DNA from: Octopus vulgaris | Taxonomy: Eukaryota | Direction: 5' to 3' | DNA: 64,000 nt | NCBI GenBank assembly: GCA_951406725.2 | Contig: OX597827.1 | Location: 77,686,001-77,750,000 of the forward strand | Shown here: positions 23,166 through 35,295 of the stretch, in pieces | Layout: each line of letters begins with the position of its first letter | Numbering within the stretch: the first letter of the stretch is position 1 | Program-made: the position numbers and the translations under genes | The notes under the pieces: generated by a model | The model's input: only the letters and a program-made list of their open reading frames with translations | What the model was told of the DNA's origin: nothing | Database searches by the model: none

Positions 23166-23514
23166 ACAAAAGCTTCATTATAGTTTCTTTTCTCATCTTT
23201 TTTTGTTGGTCTGGTTGTTGTGTCTCTCTTGGAAAGGAATTTGCTGCAGACTCAAGTTCAGTAATAACATACCTCTTTCTTCCATCTTGCCTAGGTACAG
23301 CCTATTAGCACTTGGTTTGTTATTGATTTTTAACCAGCATTCATCAATAGGGGATATAAACAGTGATTTATTGATTAAATAAAAATTATAATTACTCAAA
23401 GCATTTATCTTCTCTAGGCTTGGATTATAAAAGTTGCTTCATAATTTAACACCAAATTTGGACGTTGTTTTTATCAGCCATTCCATATTACATGTTTCAC
23501 AAGTTCAGCAAAAT

Positions 23515-23945
23515 GTATGTGGCCCCTGTGGTAAGTAGCTTGCTTCCCAACCACATGGTTCCGGGGTTAAGTTCCAATGCATGGCACCTTGGGTAAGTGT
23601 CTTCTGCTATAACCTCGGGTCAATCAAATCATTGTCAGTGGATTTGGTAGGTGGAAACTGAAAGAAGCTTCTTGTGTGTGTGTGTTTGCATACCTGTGTG
23701 TGTGTATGTGTGTGTGTGTGCGTGAGTGTCTTTGTGCCTGTGTGTGTCCCCCACCATCACTTGATAACTGGTGTTTGTGTGTTTACATCCTCATAACTTA
23801 GCAGTTCAGCAAAACAGACCAATAGAATAAGTACCAGGCATAAAAAATGGAAGTAATGGGGTCAATTCATTTGATTAAAAATTCTTCAAGGCAATGCCCC
23901 AGCATGGCCACAGTCAAATGGCTGACACAAGTAAAAGATAAAAGA
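23515..23945 (+). mobile_element. Family A SINE
   Basis: Full head-to-tail match. Confidence 0.85.
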
Positions 23946-23948
23946 TAT

Positions 23949-24238
23949 ACACCGGGTGATTGAAAAGTAACTCCCTATTTTTAAATATTTATATATTATT
24001 TATTAATTGTAATTTATACAAAAAAGTGGATATGAGAAGAAAGCTCTTAGTATGGAGTTTTATTTAAAATTTGCTTTGGGCTCCAGGTGTCGCCACTAGC
24101 TTCTTGAGTCGCCCAGGAATTGTGGCAACTGATTCCACTAGAAACTCTTGTGGGATTCCAGAAGACATAACTTCTCATATTCACCCTTCAACTTCTTCCA
24201 AAGTCTTTGGTTTGGTACAGTAGACTTGTTCCTTTAAC
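23949..24238 (-). mobile_element. Tc1/mariner 3' end (transposase C-terminus plus TIR)
   Basis: Minus-strand peptide LKEQVYCTKPKTLEEVE..IPQEFL..RLKKLV; TA-CACCGGGTGATTGAAAAGTAACTCCC terminus. Confidence 0.65.
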
Positions 24239-24380
24239 CCTTTCGTTACCAACTTGGCTGAAACCGGCTCTTGCTCAGTAGTACAAATGTCTTGTTTTCA
24301 AAAGTTCTGAATTAAAATCTTCCACCAAACCTTAGTCGCAATTTATGTTCCTAACATTAGCTTAATGATAACTAAGTTAT
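24235..24380 (+). mobile_element. Truncated piggyBac MITE (same family as 4583)
   Basis: TTAA-CCCTTTCGTTACCAAC...; colinear with 4830-4975. Confidence 0.85.
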
Positions 24381-24925
24381 CATCATCATCATTGTTCGAC
24401 CGTGTTCGAGACAATGGAATTTACCATGCTACGCCAGACTTCACGGTCCATCATGGCATTATGGAGGTCCTGTTGATGGATGCCTGTATCCTTGGAGATT
24501 ACATCAGGGTAGGAGAGTGTGCACCCTCTGGTATTGCGAGTAGATGGCTTCCAGAGGAGAAGAGTAGAAATTACCTTGTTTTCAGCTCTACAACAATGTC
24601 CAGCAAACTGGACTCTCCTACCTTTCACAAGAGATGACACAGGTGGTAGTTTCCCATATATTTGCATTTTGGTTGGATGGCGCTTCCACGAGAGATTTTG
24701 AGCTCTCATAAGGAGGCGAGTGTAGGTTCCATCAAACCGCCTCTCAAGCTTCTTTGATAACGTCCAGGTTTCTGAGCCATATAGTAGAATTGGTTCGACT
24801 GTGGCTTTGAAGATTTCAAGTTTGAAGTCTCTACTTAGATTTGATGACCAGATCTTATGCATGTCATTACAGGCTGACCAGGTCATACCCTTTCTAGTTA
24901 GAAAGTCTTTTCCAGATGATGATAT
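24381..24925 (-). mobile_element. Young 5'-truncated RTE LINE with 13-bp TSD
   Basis: Open frame 24389-24886 (ILLYGSETWTL..RRVQFAGHC..MMDREVWR) ending in a (TGA)n tail; TSD ATAACTAAGTTAT at 24368-24380 and 24926-24938. Confidence 0.9.
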
Positions 24926-25162
24926 ATAACTAAGTTATGCACCTACATACATACCAGAAGGAAAAGAAAAGAAAATTCATGCAGACATTCAGTCACAGAG
25001 AGAGAGCAGAGATAATTGGTGTAAGCACATGCATATATTTGCATACTTTTTTTAAACTTTTGGGCAGACTTTCCCATAAGCATCAATGTAGACTTTCTCA
25101 CTTGTAACACCTGGATGTTATGAAGACATAATTTTCCCAAATAAAGTGCTCTTGATATTTAA

Positions 25163-25245
25163 GGCTCTGATGAAGCTGTAGGATGTTCATCCTGGGTACT
25201 CAACTGAGAGTCCACCACATTTTATAGCAGAAACAGCTGTAAGCT
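25163..25245 (+). ncRNA. Type I hammerhead ribozyme with intact catalytic core
   Basis: GGCU-CUGAUGA-A-GCUGUAGGAUG[32 nt]CAUUUUAUAGC-A-GAAA-CAGCUG-UA-AGCU: 4-bp stem I, 11-bp stem II, palindromic stem III, GUA cleavage triplet. Confidence 0.8.
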
Positions 25246-25290
25246 AATGAAGTTTATTACATAACCTTTGTTTTTTTTTTCTTTTTGGTG

Positions 25291-25985
25291 TCATCTCTTA
25301 TTGGGCCTCTCCCTGAGAATGAGAGGCAGACTGTATGATGCCTGTGTACAAACAGCTGTCCTCCATGGCAGGGAAATGTGGGCTGTGACCGCAGAGGACA
25401 AGTGAAGGCTTGAAAGAAAAGAAGCCAGTACGGTTCGCTGGATGTGCAACATCAGTGTGCATGTGCAATAGTGCATAAGTGTCTTGAGAGAAAAACTGGG
25501 CATAAAAAACATCAGATGTGGTGTGCAAGAGAGACGGATCCGCTGGTATGGTCATGTGATATGTATGGAGAAGAACATGTGGGTAAAGAAGCACCAATCT
25601 CTAACTGTGGAGGGAAAATGTGGTAATGGAAGACCCAGGAAGACATGGGACAAGGTGGTGAATCCTGATCTTTGAATGTTGGGCCTCACAGAGGTGATGA
25701 CAAGTGACCGAGACCTTTGGTGTTGAGCTGTGATTGTGAAGACTTGTCAAGCCAAGAGAAATCATCGTCATGTCTGTTGCCAGTGCCACATAAATGGCAC
25801 CTGTGTCGGTGGCACGTAAGAAGCACCTCTTACACTCTTGGAGTAGTTGGTGTTAAGAAGGTCATCCAGCTGTAGAAACCATGCCAAATCAGACTGGAAC
25901 CTGATACAGCTCCCCAGCCTACCAGTTTTCAGTCAAACTGTCCAACCCATGCCAACATGGAAAGCAGACATTGAATGATGATGAT
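25291..25985 (+). mobile_element. RTE LINE family B: RT C-terminus plus 3' UTR
   Basis: REKLGIKNIRCGVQERRIRWYGHV..GRPRKTWDKVV; (GAT)n tail. Confidence 0.88.
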
Positions 25986-26123
25986 AATTCTGCTTTTCAT
26001 TCTTTTGGGGTTGATAAATTTAGCATCGGGGAAACACTGGGGTCAATGTAATCAACCAGTCCCTTCTGCACGAAATTTCAGGCTTTGTGCCTTTAGCAGA
26101 AAGCATTATTATTATTATTATTA

Positions 26124-26700
26124 TTGAGTGAGAGAGCAGTAAAATATATGAAGCCCAGTATACTCATCATGACTACCCGTCTGATAAGGGTACACTAGGC
26201 ACATGCATCACAACCATATGTATGCAACATGGTGATCACAACCATATGTATGCAACAAGATATGCATCACAACCATATGTATGCAACAAGATAAACAGTG
26301 CATGACCTTGCAGGTGGGGCCCAGTTAGAATTTTCTTCCTGTCAATTAACCCATCCCACTCAAAAGGTCCCTGAATAAGGGTTGTTTAAGGATGTTGAAT
26401 GAAACACCCATGTTTTCAAAGGTGAATTATCCAAACTTCCTAGAATTCCTTTCAACACACGGCTATGATGCTCCCCAACTACTTCTGCTCGTGGTCAGAG
26501 ATGCACATATTGTCAGCCACTAAGGGACATGCTCAATTGGTTAAGGTCAAACAACTGACAGGCAAATCTGTGGTATTGAGCAGAATATTTGCTGTAGTCC
26601 ATCTTTTATACCAAGACAAAAAAATGTACATGATATCACTTCCAATCAGTTAAGATCAGAAGCCACGGGAGACACTGCCTGGTACTGCATCAGGGCATTT
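26124..26700. mobile_element. ~570-bp (TTA)n-inserted non-coding element
   Basis: TGAGTGAGAGAGCAG ... GGTACTGCATCAGGGCATTT flanked by (TTA)n; internal triplication of CACAACCATATGTATGCAAC. Confidence 0.85.
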
Positions 26701-27094
26701 ATTATTATCATTGTATTTTACTTCTCAGATCTGTAAATCTTACTTTCTCTGGTTAATTCTGTGAGAACAGACAGCAACCAGTTGCCAAAGGTCTCACAAT
26801 GTCTCCCAGGGTCTCTTTCTGTGAATTATAAGACTTGGTACTTAGATGTTAACTATTGCGGAAGATATTTAACACCCAAGAACCAATCTCAAGATCCTTG
26901 ATGTCCCCGACGGAGCAGTTTTTTGAGCTTGCATTATAATTATTATTATTTGCCTTTCATCCTTTCAGGATCAGTGAAGTCGAGCACTGGAGTTGACCAC
27001 TCTCCCAAAATTGCAGGCCTTGTGCCTACAGTGGAAAGGATTATCCTCATCATCGTCATTCATATTCCAGTTGTGCTGCGTTGTTATATCATTA

Positions 27095-27955
27095 TCATCA
27101 TCATCATCATTTAATATCCGTTATCCATGCTGGCATGGGTTGGACAGTTTGACCAGGGCTGTCAAGGTGAGGGGCTGAACTAAACTCCAGTCTGATCTGA
27201 CATGGCTTCTATGGCTGGGGGCCCTTCTTAATGCCAACCGATCCGAGAGTGTAATGGGTGCTTTTTACATGCCACTGGCAACAGCTACGTTGCTTTTGTG
27301 AGGCCCAACGCTGGAATGGAGCTTTGTATATGCCACTGGCACAGGTGCCAGTTATGTGACACTGGCATCAGCCACATTGCCTATGTTAAATATATTAAAC
27401 ACCTGAATAACTCAAAATTGACTGAAGGGCTGTTTTGTGCACAGCACTCATCAAAAACAGTCATAGGGCAAGCTGCAGAAAGGGAGTTCAATCCCTAGTG
27501 CTGATTCTATCCACTATTCATCATCATCATCATCGTTTAATGTCCGTTTTCTGCGCTAGCACGGGTTGGACAGTTCAACTGGGGTCTGTGAAGCCAGAAG
27601 GCTGCACCAGGCCCAGTCTGATCTGGCAGTGTTTCTACAGCTGGATGCCCTTCCTAACGCCAACCACTCCGTGAGTGTAGTGGGTGCTTTTTACGTGCCA
27701 GACGAGGCTGGCAAACGGCCATGATCGGATGGTGCTTTTTACGTGCCACCGGCACGGGGACCAGACGAAGCTGGCAATGGCCACGGTCGGATGGTGCTTT
27801 TTACGTGCCACCGGCACGGGGGAGAGTCGGGCGGTGCTGGCTACATCCACGTTCGGATGGTTCTCTTACGTGCCTCCGGCACTGGTATCACCGCTACATA
27901 TTCCATTGATGTTGATAGATTACGATTTTGATTTTCTTAGGTCTTCACAACATTA
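27095..27955 (-). mobile_element. Two RTE family B 3' ends (27095-27380; 27519-27955)
   Basis: (CAT)n heads; GGTGCTTTTTACGTGCCACCGGCAC subrepeats. Confidence 0.85.
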
Positions 27956-28194
27956 CTTGATATTTATATAATTGTCTTTGAACTGCCATTTAATGAGACT
28001 TCTTTTCAAATAAACTATATTTGGTACAAAGCCAATTAAATTATTTCTAATTCTGCATTCATTCAGGTCTGGATGTTTGGTTATATGTAATGGAATTCTA
28101 TAAACATAATTATGTATAGTTATGAAATATATATATATATATATACAGAGGTATACAAAGGTTTGTATGTGTGAACTATTTAAAAAATACAATA

Positions 28195-28207
28195 TATATA
28201 TATATAC

Positions 28208-28253
<46 letters not shown>

Positions 28254-28710
28254 CCATTCATACATATATTACATACATGTGTGTGTAGATATATATGTCT
28301 ATATATGTATGTATATATATTTGTGTATGTATATATATATATATATTTATATACACATATTTTGTAATATATATTATATAGAATATATATCTTACACATC
28401 ATGATGATGATGATGATATATATATATATATATAAATATATATATATAAATATATATATTATATATATATATTATATATATATTATATAATATATATATA
28501 TATAATTTTATTATATATATAAATATATATATATAATATATATTATATTCGATATATATGTATTATATAATATATATATATTATATAATATATATATATA
28601 TATATATTTTATTATATATATAATATATATTATATAATATATATATATATTATATAAATATATATAATATTATATGTAAAAATGTATAATATATTATATA
28701 AATGTATAGA
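28195..28710. repeat. Degenerate (TA)n microsatellite tract
   Basis: Almost pure A/T over 28420-28680. Confidence 0.9.
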
Positions 28711-28759
28711 TATACGCAAACATACACACAGCCTTAGATCGTATAATATATAATTCTAA

Positions 28760-29300
28760 AAATATACACCGATCAAGAAACGATTCAGATATATAGCAAT
28801 TCATGATACATCTGCTCATTATTAGATCGATCTATCTTAATCGATAATAGACGCAGTATTCGCTCTTTCTTTCCCTTTCTACCTTGCATATATTAATGTG
28901 AATAGCAGAGGCGGAGTAGAACGGATAGAGAGTAAGGTAGAAGAGAGTGAATGAGAGGATGAGGCGAGGACGAGAGAAGGAGAGATAGGTTTAAAGGGAG
29001 GGAGAAAAATAAGCGAGTGAATGGGTGATTGTGTAGAGTGAGGAGGAGAGAGAGTTTGTGTGATAGAGTAAGATGTGGATAGAGAGGAAGGGGAGGCTGA
29101 GAGGGAGAGAGAGTACGTCAGTACGGTAAAAAACATGTCCTGTAATCAGCAGCAGCGAGAGGAAGTGTAAGGAAGAGGCAATGTTGTATGGTGGTGGCAG
29201 AGGTTGGCCGTCGAGTTATCTCCCTTCGTTTCCATCCATCTCTTTCTGAGTCACTCGACAAGTTTTACGATAAAAAATTTTTTCAGTAAATAAAACATTC
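28760..29300 (+). promoter_or_regulatory. Candidate promoter of the second ZNF gene
   Basis: TE-free, CpG-retaining sequence; DRE-like ATCGAT cores at ~28826 and ~28840; GA-rich tract; GAGTTATCTCCCTT at 29213; lies upstream of a perfect splice donor. Confidence 0.45.
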
Positions 29301-29858
29301 TGGTCGGTCTGTCTGTGTGTCATATTGTCTCCCCCTGTGTTGGTATCCACTTGGAAAGTGGGATTTCACAAAAAAACAGATAAAATAAAAGCGGTCCCCG
29401 ATGTGTTTAGATAGCATATAGCACCTGTCACCCACCCCGGGGAGGAAATTCACAGAAAACTACACGAATTTCCCCCCCTCCATACACAAAACTTCAAACA
29501 AAATCACCAAAAAAAGAGAAAAAACCAGCACAACAACCACAACAAACAATAGTAATTACTACCACAATCATCATCAATTTAACATCTATATATATATATA
29601 TATATGTAAAAAAAATATATATGTATATATATCTATAATTATATACATATATATATATATATGTACAAAGAAAGGTGAAACATTCAACAAATTCTGTTTT
29701 CTCAAAAAAAAAGAAAATATATATATATATATATTTATTCCGAAATATTCTGTGCTTTATTGTTTTACGGTCGACAGATCCAATGGCCGGGAAAGGGTGG
29801 AGAAAATTTGTGTTGGTGTTTTTTCGGTCGGTCGAGATGATATGTTAAGACAGTCGAG
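29250..29858 (+). other. Putative non-coding first exon ending at donor GAG|GTAAGT (5' boundary uncertain)
   Basis: Perfect consensus donor at 29859; contains a 21-codon uORF at 29783-29848. Confidence 0.5.
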
Positions 29859-29976
29859 GTAAGTTCCTTCGCCCCCCGTCCCCCATCAATCAATGACCGC
29901 TTCTCATTCATATATCTGTTTATGCATATATATATACATACATATACATATACATAAATATATATATATATTTATG

Positions 29977-30023
<47 letters not shown>

Positions 30024-30485
30024 TTGAATATTTATGTGTGTGTGTGTATGTATATATTTATATATTATATATATGTTATATATATATATATATATATGAG
30101 TATATGTGTGTGTGTGGTGTATGTGTGTGTGTGTGTGCAGTTCATATTGACACACATTAAATTACTTATACATGTACGCAGCTCTTATTACAATATCGAC
30201 GCACACATAATAATGTTACATCTGTATGGACACATACTTATTTGCACACACACACACACACACACACATGACTCTTTCTCTCTCTCTCTCTATCTCACTA
30301 TTAATCTGCCTTTCTCTGTCTTTAATATTGAAAAGATTATTCAATATCTACATTTCATTCTCTCTGTCGCTCTCCCCCTCTCTCACTTTCTCTGTCCCTC
30401 CTCTTCTTACATTTTCTCACATGCATATATCTAAATAATTATATACATACATACATATATATGTATATGTGTGTGTGTCTATCTA

Positions 30486-30564
<79 letters not shown>

Positions 30565-30713
30565 CTACATACACACGTGTGTATACACACACAAACACAT
30601 ATAATTATGTTTATATATATACATGTACATATGGTAGATGCACCCGTGTATATATGCATGTGTATGTGCGTGCCATATTATATCTACATGTATGTTACAT
30701 ATACATATTTGTA

Positions 30714-30773
<60 letters not shown>

Positions 30774-31025
30774 GTATATATATATATCTATATATATACA
30801 TACATATATATGTATGTATGTATGTAAGTGTGTATGCACGCACACATGTTAAGCATGTTCATGTCATCTTGTACATATATAAATACATGTGTACGTGTGT
30901 ATATGTTAAATGTTCAATTATTTATATGTATTTCATTTTCGTGTATATTTATTTTATGTTCTGTTTGTACGCTTGTGTGTCGATATGTACACACATCAAT
31001 ATGTGTATCGGTGTGTCTATGTACG

Positions 31026-31060
<35 letters not shown>

Positions 31061-31802
31061 GTATACGTATATATTCACGCAAGCCGAACATAGGCAGGTG
31101 CCCGCTCTCCCCTTTCTTGACCTCCCCCCCACTTCTACGCTGTACACCCTCTCTCCCCCCTCTCGCCCTTCCCCTCCCGTTGTCACAACGTTTAACTACT
31201 CGGTTCAACCACTCCCCCCTCTTTTATTATCCCATCAATCCTCACCTCCCACCTTCACCTCCGCGACTCCAGCCATCATCGTTCGGAGCTATTTCGCCAG
31301 CAGTAGTTGAGTTGTACGGTGTCGGGAAGTGGAGAGAGAGAGAGAGAGAGAAAGAAAGAATGAGAGACAGAGACAGAGAGTCAGTCCAGAAATCCTTGGT
31401 AATGTAGGGAAGTAAAACCACTTTATAGCAGGAAGGCAACTCCTCACAGACTCTTTAAGTACTTTACTCCCGCTTTCCCATTGATTACATTGGCAGCACT
31501 TTACTGAATGGTGTCTACAACCTGCACACACACACACACACACACACACTTATAAATGAATGTATATACATATATATAGGAATAGACATGTGTGCATACG
31601 TATGCATGTATTTATATAGACACATACACACACACATCATCATCGTCATCATCATCATCAGCATTAATCATTATTTGTTTTACATCGTTCCTTGCTGGAT
31701 TGGACAGGTCATCACGGTCCAAGCCAGACCTTATTTAGAGTTAATGCTCTCTTAAACACACACACACACACACCTCCTCCTCCTCCACCTCCTCCTCCTC
31801 CT

Positions 31803-32025
31803 CATCATCATCGTTTTAATGTCCACTTTTCCATGCTCTCACTGGTCAGGCATAATTTCTTGAAGCAGAATTTTTCTGTGGTTGGATGCCCTTCCTGTCA
31901 CCAATCCTCACCTGTTTCCATGGAAGGTCATTTCCCCCACCAGCAGACATGTTTTCACAGAAAATTGTTAACAGACGACACTGCTTGTACGACAGTGACA
32001 CTCATTTACAGCAATCACACAATGT
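31803..32025 (-). mobile_element. Family D repeat
   Basis: Homologous to 5350-5600 and 62562-62780. Confidence 0.7.
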
Positions 32026-32039
32026 CACACACACATACA

Positions 32040-32520
32040 TTTACAATGGGCTTCTTTGAGTTTCTGCCGGTCAAATCGACTCAAAACGCTTTGGTTTGGC
32101 TATTTTATCCTTTATCTTTCACATGTTTCAGTAATTTGACTGTGGCCATGCTGGGGCACCACCTTCAAGGGTCTTTAGTCAAACAAATCGACCCCAGTGC
32201 TTAGTTTTTTAAAGCCTTATTATATTGGTTTCTTTTTGCCGAACTGCTAAGTCACGGGGACATAAACACACCAACACCAGTTGCCATGCAGTGGTGGGGA
32301 AAGAAGCACAGATACAAAGACACACACACACACATACATAATACATACATACATGCATGCATGCGTACAACAGGCTTCTTTCAGTTTCTGTCTACCAAAT
32401 CCACTCTGAAGGTTTTGGTCAGTGCAAGGTACTACATAGTTTTGCAATGGTACTCTTTGAGAGTGGAAGACATTTGCCCAAGGTGTCACGCAATGGGACT
32501 GAACTCCAAACTACATGTTT
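32040..32520 (-). mobile_element. Family A SINE(s)
   Basis: Match to family A. Confidence 0.8.
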
Positions 32521-32818
32521 GGAATATTTAGAAATTCCACCACAGCTGCTAGAAGACACTTTTCATTTCCTACTGATTTGCTTCTTTCTTTGTTAGCACT
32601 ATACGTCGATGTGAGAAGATTTCTCAAGGCGAATCCCACAGTTTTGTGGCTTTCAATAGTGTATCCAACAGAGTCCATATTAAATTTTCCAGGGTCCATG
32701 GAAGCAAAATAATAAAGCGGGACGTCACAGTAATATTTTAAGGGTCGGTGAAAAATATTTTGTCTTAAATGTATATATTGCAAGAAACAGTTGAATTTCT
32801 TTTGGTAATGGTTTATAT

Positions 32819-33065
32819 GTGGAGGCGCATGGCTTAGTGGTTAGCGTGTCAACATCATGATCATAAGATTGTGGTTTCAATTCCTGGACCGGGCAATGTG
32901 TTGTGTTCTTGGGCAAAACACTTCATTTCACATTGTTCCAGTCCACTCAGCTGGCAAAAATGAGAAACGCTGCGATGGACTGGTGTCTTGTCCAGCTGGG
33001 GAACACATATGCCATTGAAACCGGGAAACCGGGCCCTTGAGCCTGGCAAGGCTTTAAAAGGGTTC
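32819..33065 (+). mobile_element. tRNA-derived SINE with CORE-like body
   Basis: TGGCTTAGTGGTTAG A box, GGTTTCAATTCC B box, TGTGTTCTTGGGCAAAACACTT body, GATGGACTGG..GAAACCGGGAAACCGG tail shared with the 16.3-kb SINE. Confidence 0.8.
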
Positions 33066-33090
33066 ATTTATTTTATTTTAATGTTTTATA

Positions 33091-33440
33091 TAGGCACAGG
33101 TGTGGCTGAGTGGTAAGAAGCTTGCTTCCCAATCACATGGTGCATGACACCTTGAGCAAGTGTCTTCTGCCTATAGCCTTGTGAGTGGATTTGGTTGACA
33201 GAAACTGAAAGCGGTCTGTAGTTTTTATATATGTATATATATCTATGTGTGTCTTTGTGTCTGTGTTTGTCCCCCCACCCACTTGACAACTAGTGTTGGT
33301 TTGTTTACATCTCCATAACTTAGTGGTTTGACAAAAGAGACTGATGGAGGCTTAGAAAAAAATAAGTCCTAGGGTTGATTTGTTCGGCTAACATACTCCA
33401 AGGCGGTGCCCTAGCATGGCCACAATAAAAGAATTAAAAG
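33091..33440 (+). mobile_element. Family A SINE
   Basis: Match to family A. Confidence 0.8.
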
Positions 33441-34016
33441 AAAATAGATGAACGTGTCTCTGGCCACTGAAATATGTTCTCTCAGAGAACCTAGACAAGT
33501 GAATGTGGGGAAAAATGAAAGGAAATTTCGAAAGAGTTTTTAGACATTTTAACCAATCCAGCTCAAATACTTCACATGTTCTACATTCAAACTGGCCATT
33601 TCTAACCTCTTATACCTAACCTACACTAGGTTAGGTATAAGCCTTATTCTATTGGTTTCTTTTTGTATTCTAGTTGAGGAGGATAGGCAGAAAAAATAGT
33701 TACTGTTCTACTTTGTAAAACTAGTCTAAGCATAAGTATCCCATCACACACTCTGACTACGTCGGTCACCTTGTCCACCCATTTTTTAGCTAAAACTATG
33801 CCCACGTCACCCACCCAATCACTATTGTCTTCCCAAAACAGTTTATTTTTATGTTCATTGCCTGTTAGGAACCTGAGAGTGCTATTCTAAACCATCACTA
33901 ATAATAAAAATATATATATATATATGGTCGATGCCAGGTCCGCCTGACTGGCTTCCATGCTAGTGGCGCGTAAAAAGAATATCTCACAACAAGAGATATT
34001 CAGCAACAGTACTTTG

Positions 34017-34371
34017 GAGTAAAGATTGTTTGCCAACATAACATGGCAGTCCTGGTTTAGGATAAATGTTGCTGTAATTTAGCCCCAGGAGGCATCGTCC
34101 CCAGCTGGCTCTACGACATGATCTGTGTCCTTATATTTTCAAACAAGGGAATCTAGCACCCTCCCTACTCAGCTCAAAAGTATGAAGGGAAATCGTGATA
34201 CACGGATATTGTTTTGAGCTGAGTGGGGGTGCTAGATTCCCTTGTTCAAAAATATAAGGACATTGATCATGTTGTATAGCCAGCTGGGGACGATGTCTCC
34301 TGGGGCTAAATTACATCAACATTCATCCTAAACTAGGACTGCCATCTTATGTTGGCAAACAATTTTTACTT
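34017..34371. mobile_element. Fold-back (palindromic) MITE with ~160-bp arms and ~32-nt loop
   Basis: 34017-34179 is the near-perfect reverse complement of 34212-34371. Confidence 0.85.
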
Positions 34372-34469
34372 GAATATATTGTTGTCTAGATTACGCAAAA
34401 ATGAAAATAACACTGACATCAGATTTTTAACAGATATATTTACTAGCATTACATTAAAATGTCTTGAAG

Positions 34470-35220
34470 TACTAAAGAGTAACTTTATTCACTAAAATCG
34501 CCATTGGCTTCAATTACGGCCTCAAGATGACTTCAGAATCACCTGCAGCTCTTCTGGACGGTCTCCTTGTTTAAGTTGATGAATCCTGCCATAATCATTG
34601 CGTTCAGTTCATCTTCGGTGTTACAAGGAGTTTTGTTGGTCTCTCACTCAACTGCACCCCACACATAATAATCAAGGGGGTTGCAGTCTGGGGAGTTAGG
34701 TGGCCAGATGTTAGGGGTGATGTGGTTGCAGAAATTGTCTGACAGCCATGACTGGGTTCTTCTGCTTGTGTGGCATGGTTCAGAGTCCTGTTGCCAGACA
34801 TAGGTTCTTCCAGCAGCCACCCTCTTGACCCAGGGCAGCACTACCTCATCCAGGCACATGATGTAGGCCTCCATGTTGTGTATGGGGCTGTGTGAGATGA
34901 ACAGAGGCATAATGTTGTCATCTCTAGTGATCTCTCTAAACACCTTGATGTTGACTGGATGTTTGATTTTTATCACCCTTGATAGTTGTTCTCAGATTGA
35001 CACCCAAACACTCTGAAATGTTTGTATTAGAGGTTCTGGTGTGAATGCCAAGCAGCATAGTATGTTGTTTACAAATTTCTGGCAGAGTGAATTGCATCAT
35101 AGCTGTTTTTCTCACAGATGGTGCCCAACTAACCCTACTATACTGTGTAGTCGACAAAATCAAAAACAATGTGCATGCACGCAATTAAAAATATAACATG
35201 GTGACAATTTACCCATTGCA
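34470..35220 (-). mobile_element. DD37D (maT-type) Tc1/mariner transposon, decayed
   Basis: WQQD-x37-D (..WPPNSPDCNPLDYYVWG), counted in ORF 34644-34976. Confidence 0.85.
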
Positions 35221-35295
35221 TATATATATGTGCAGAAAACAGCTTCCATCACATGCCAAGGGGAAAAACTAGAAATAACTGATAGCTTCCATTAC

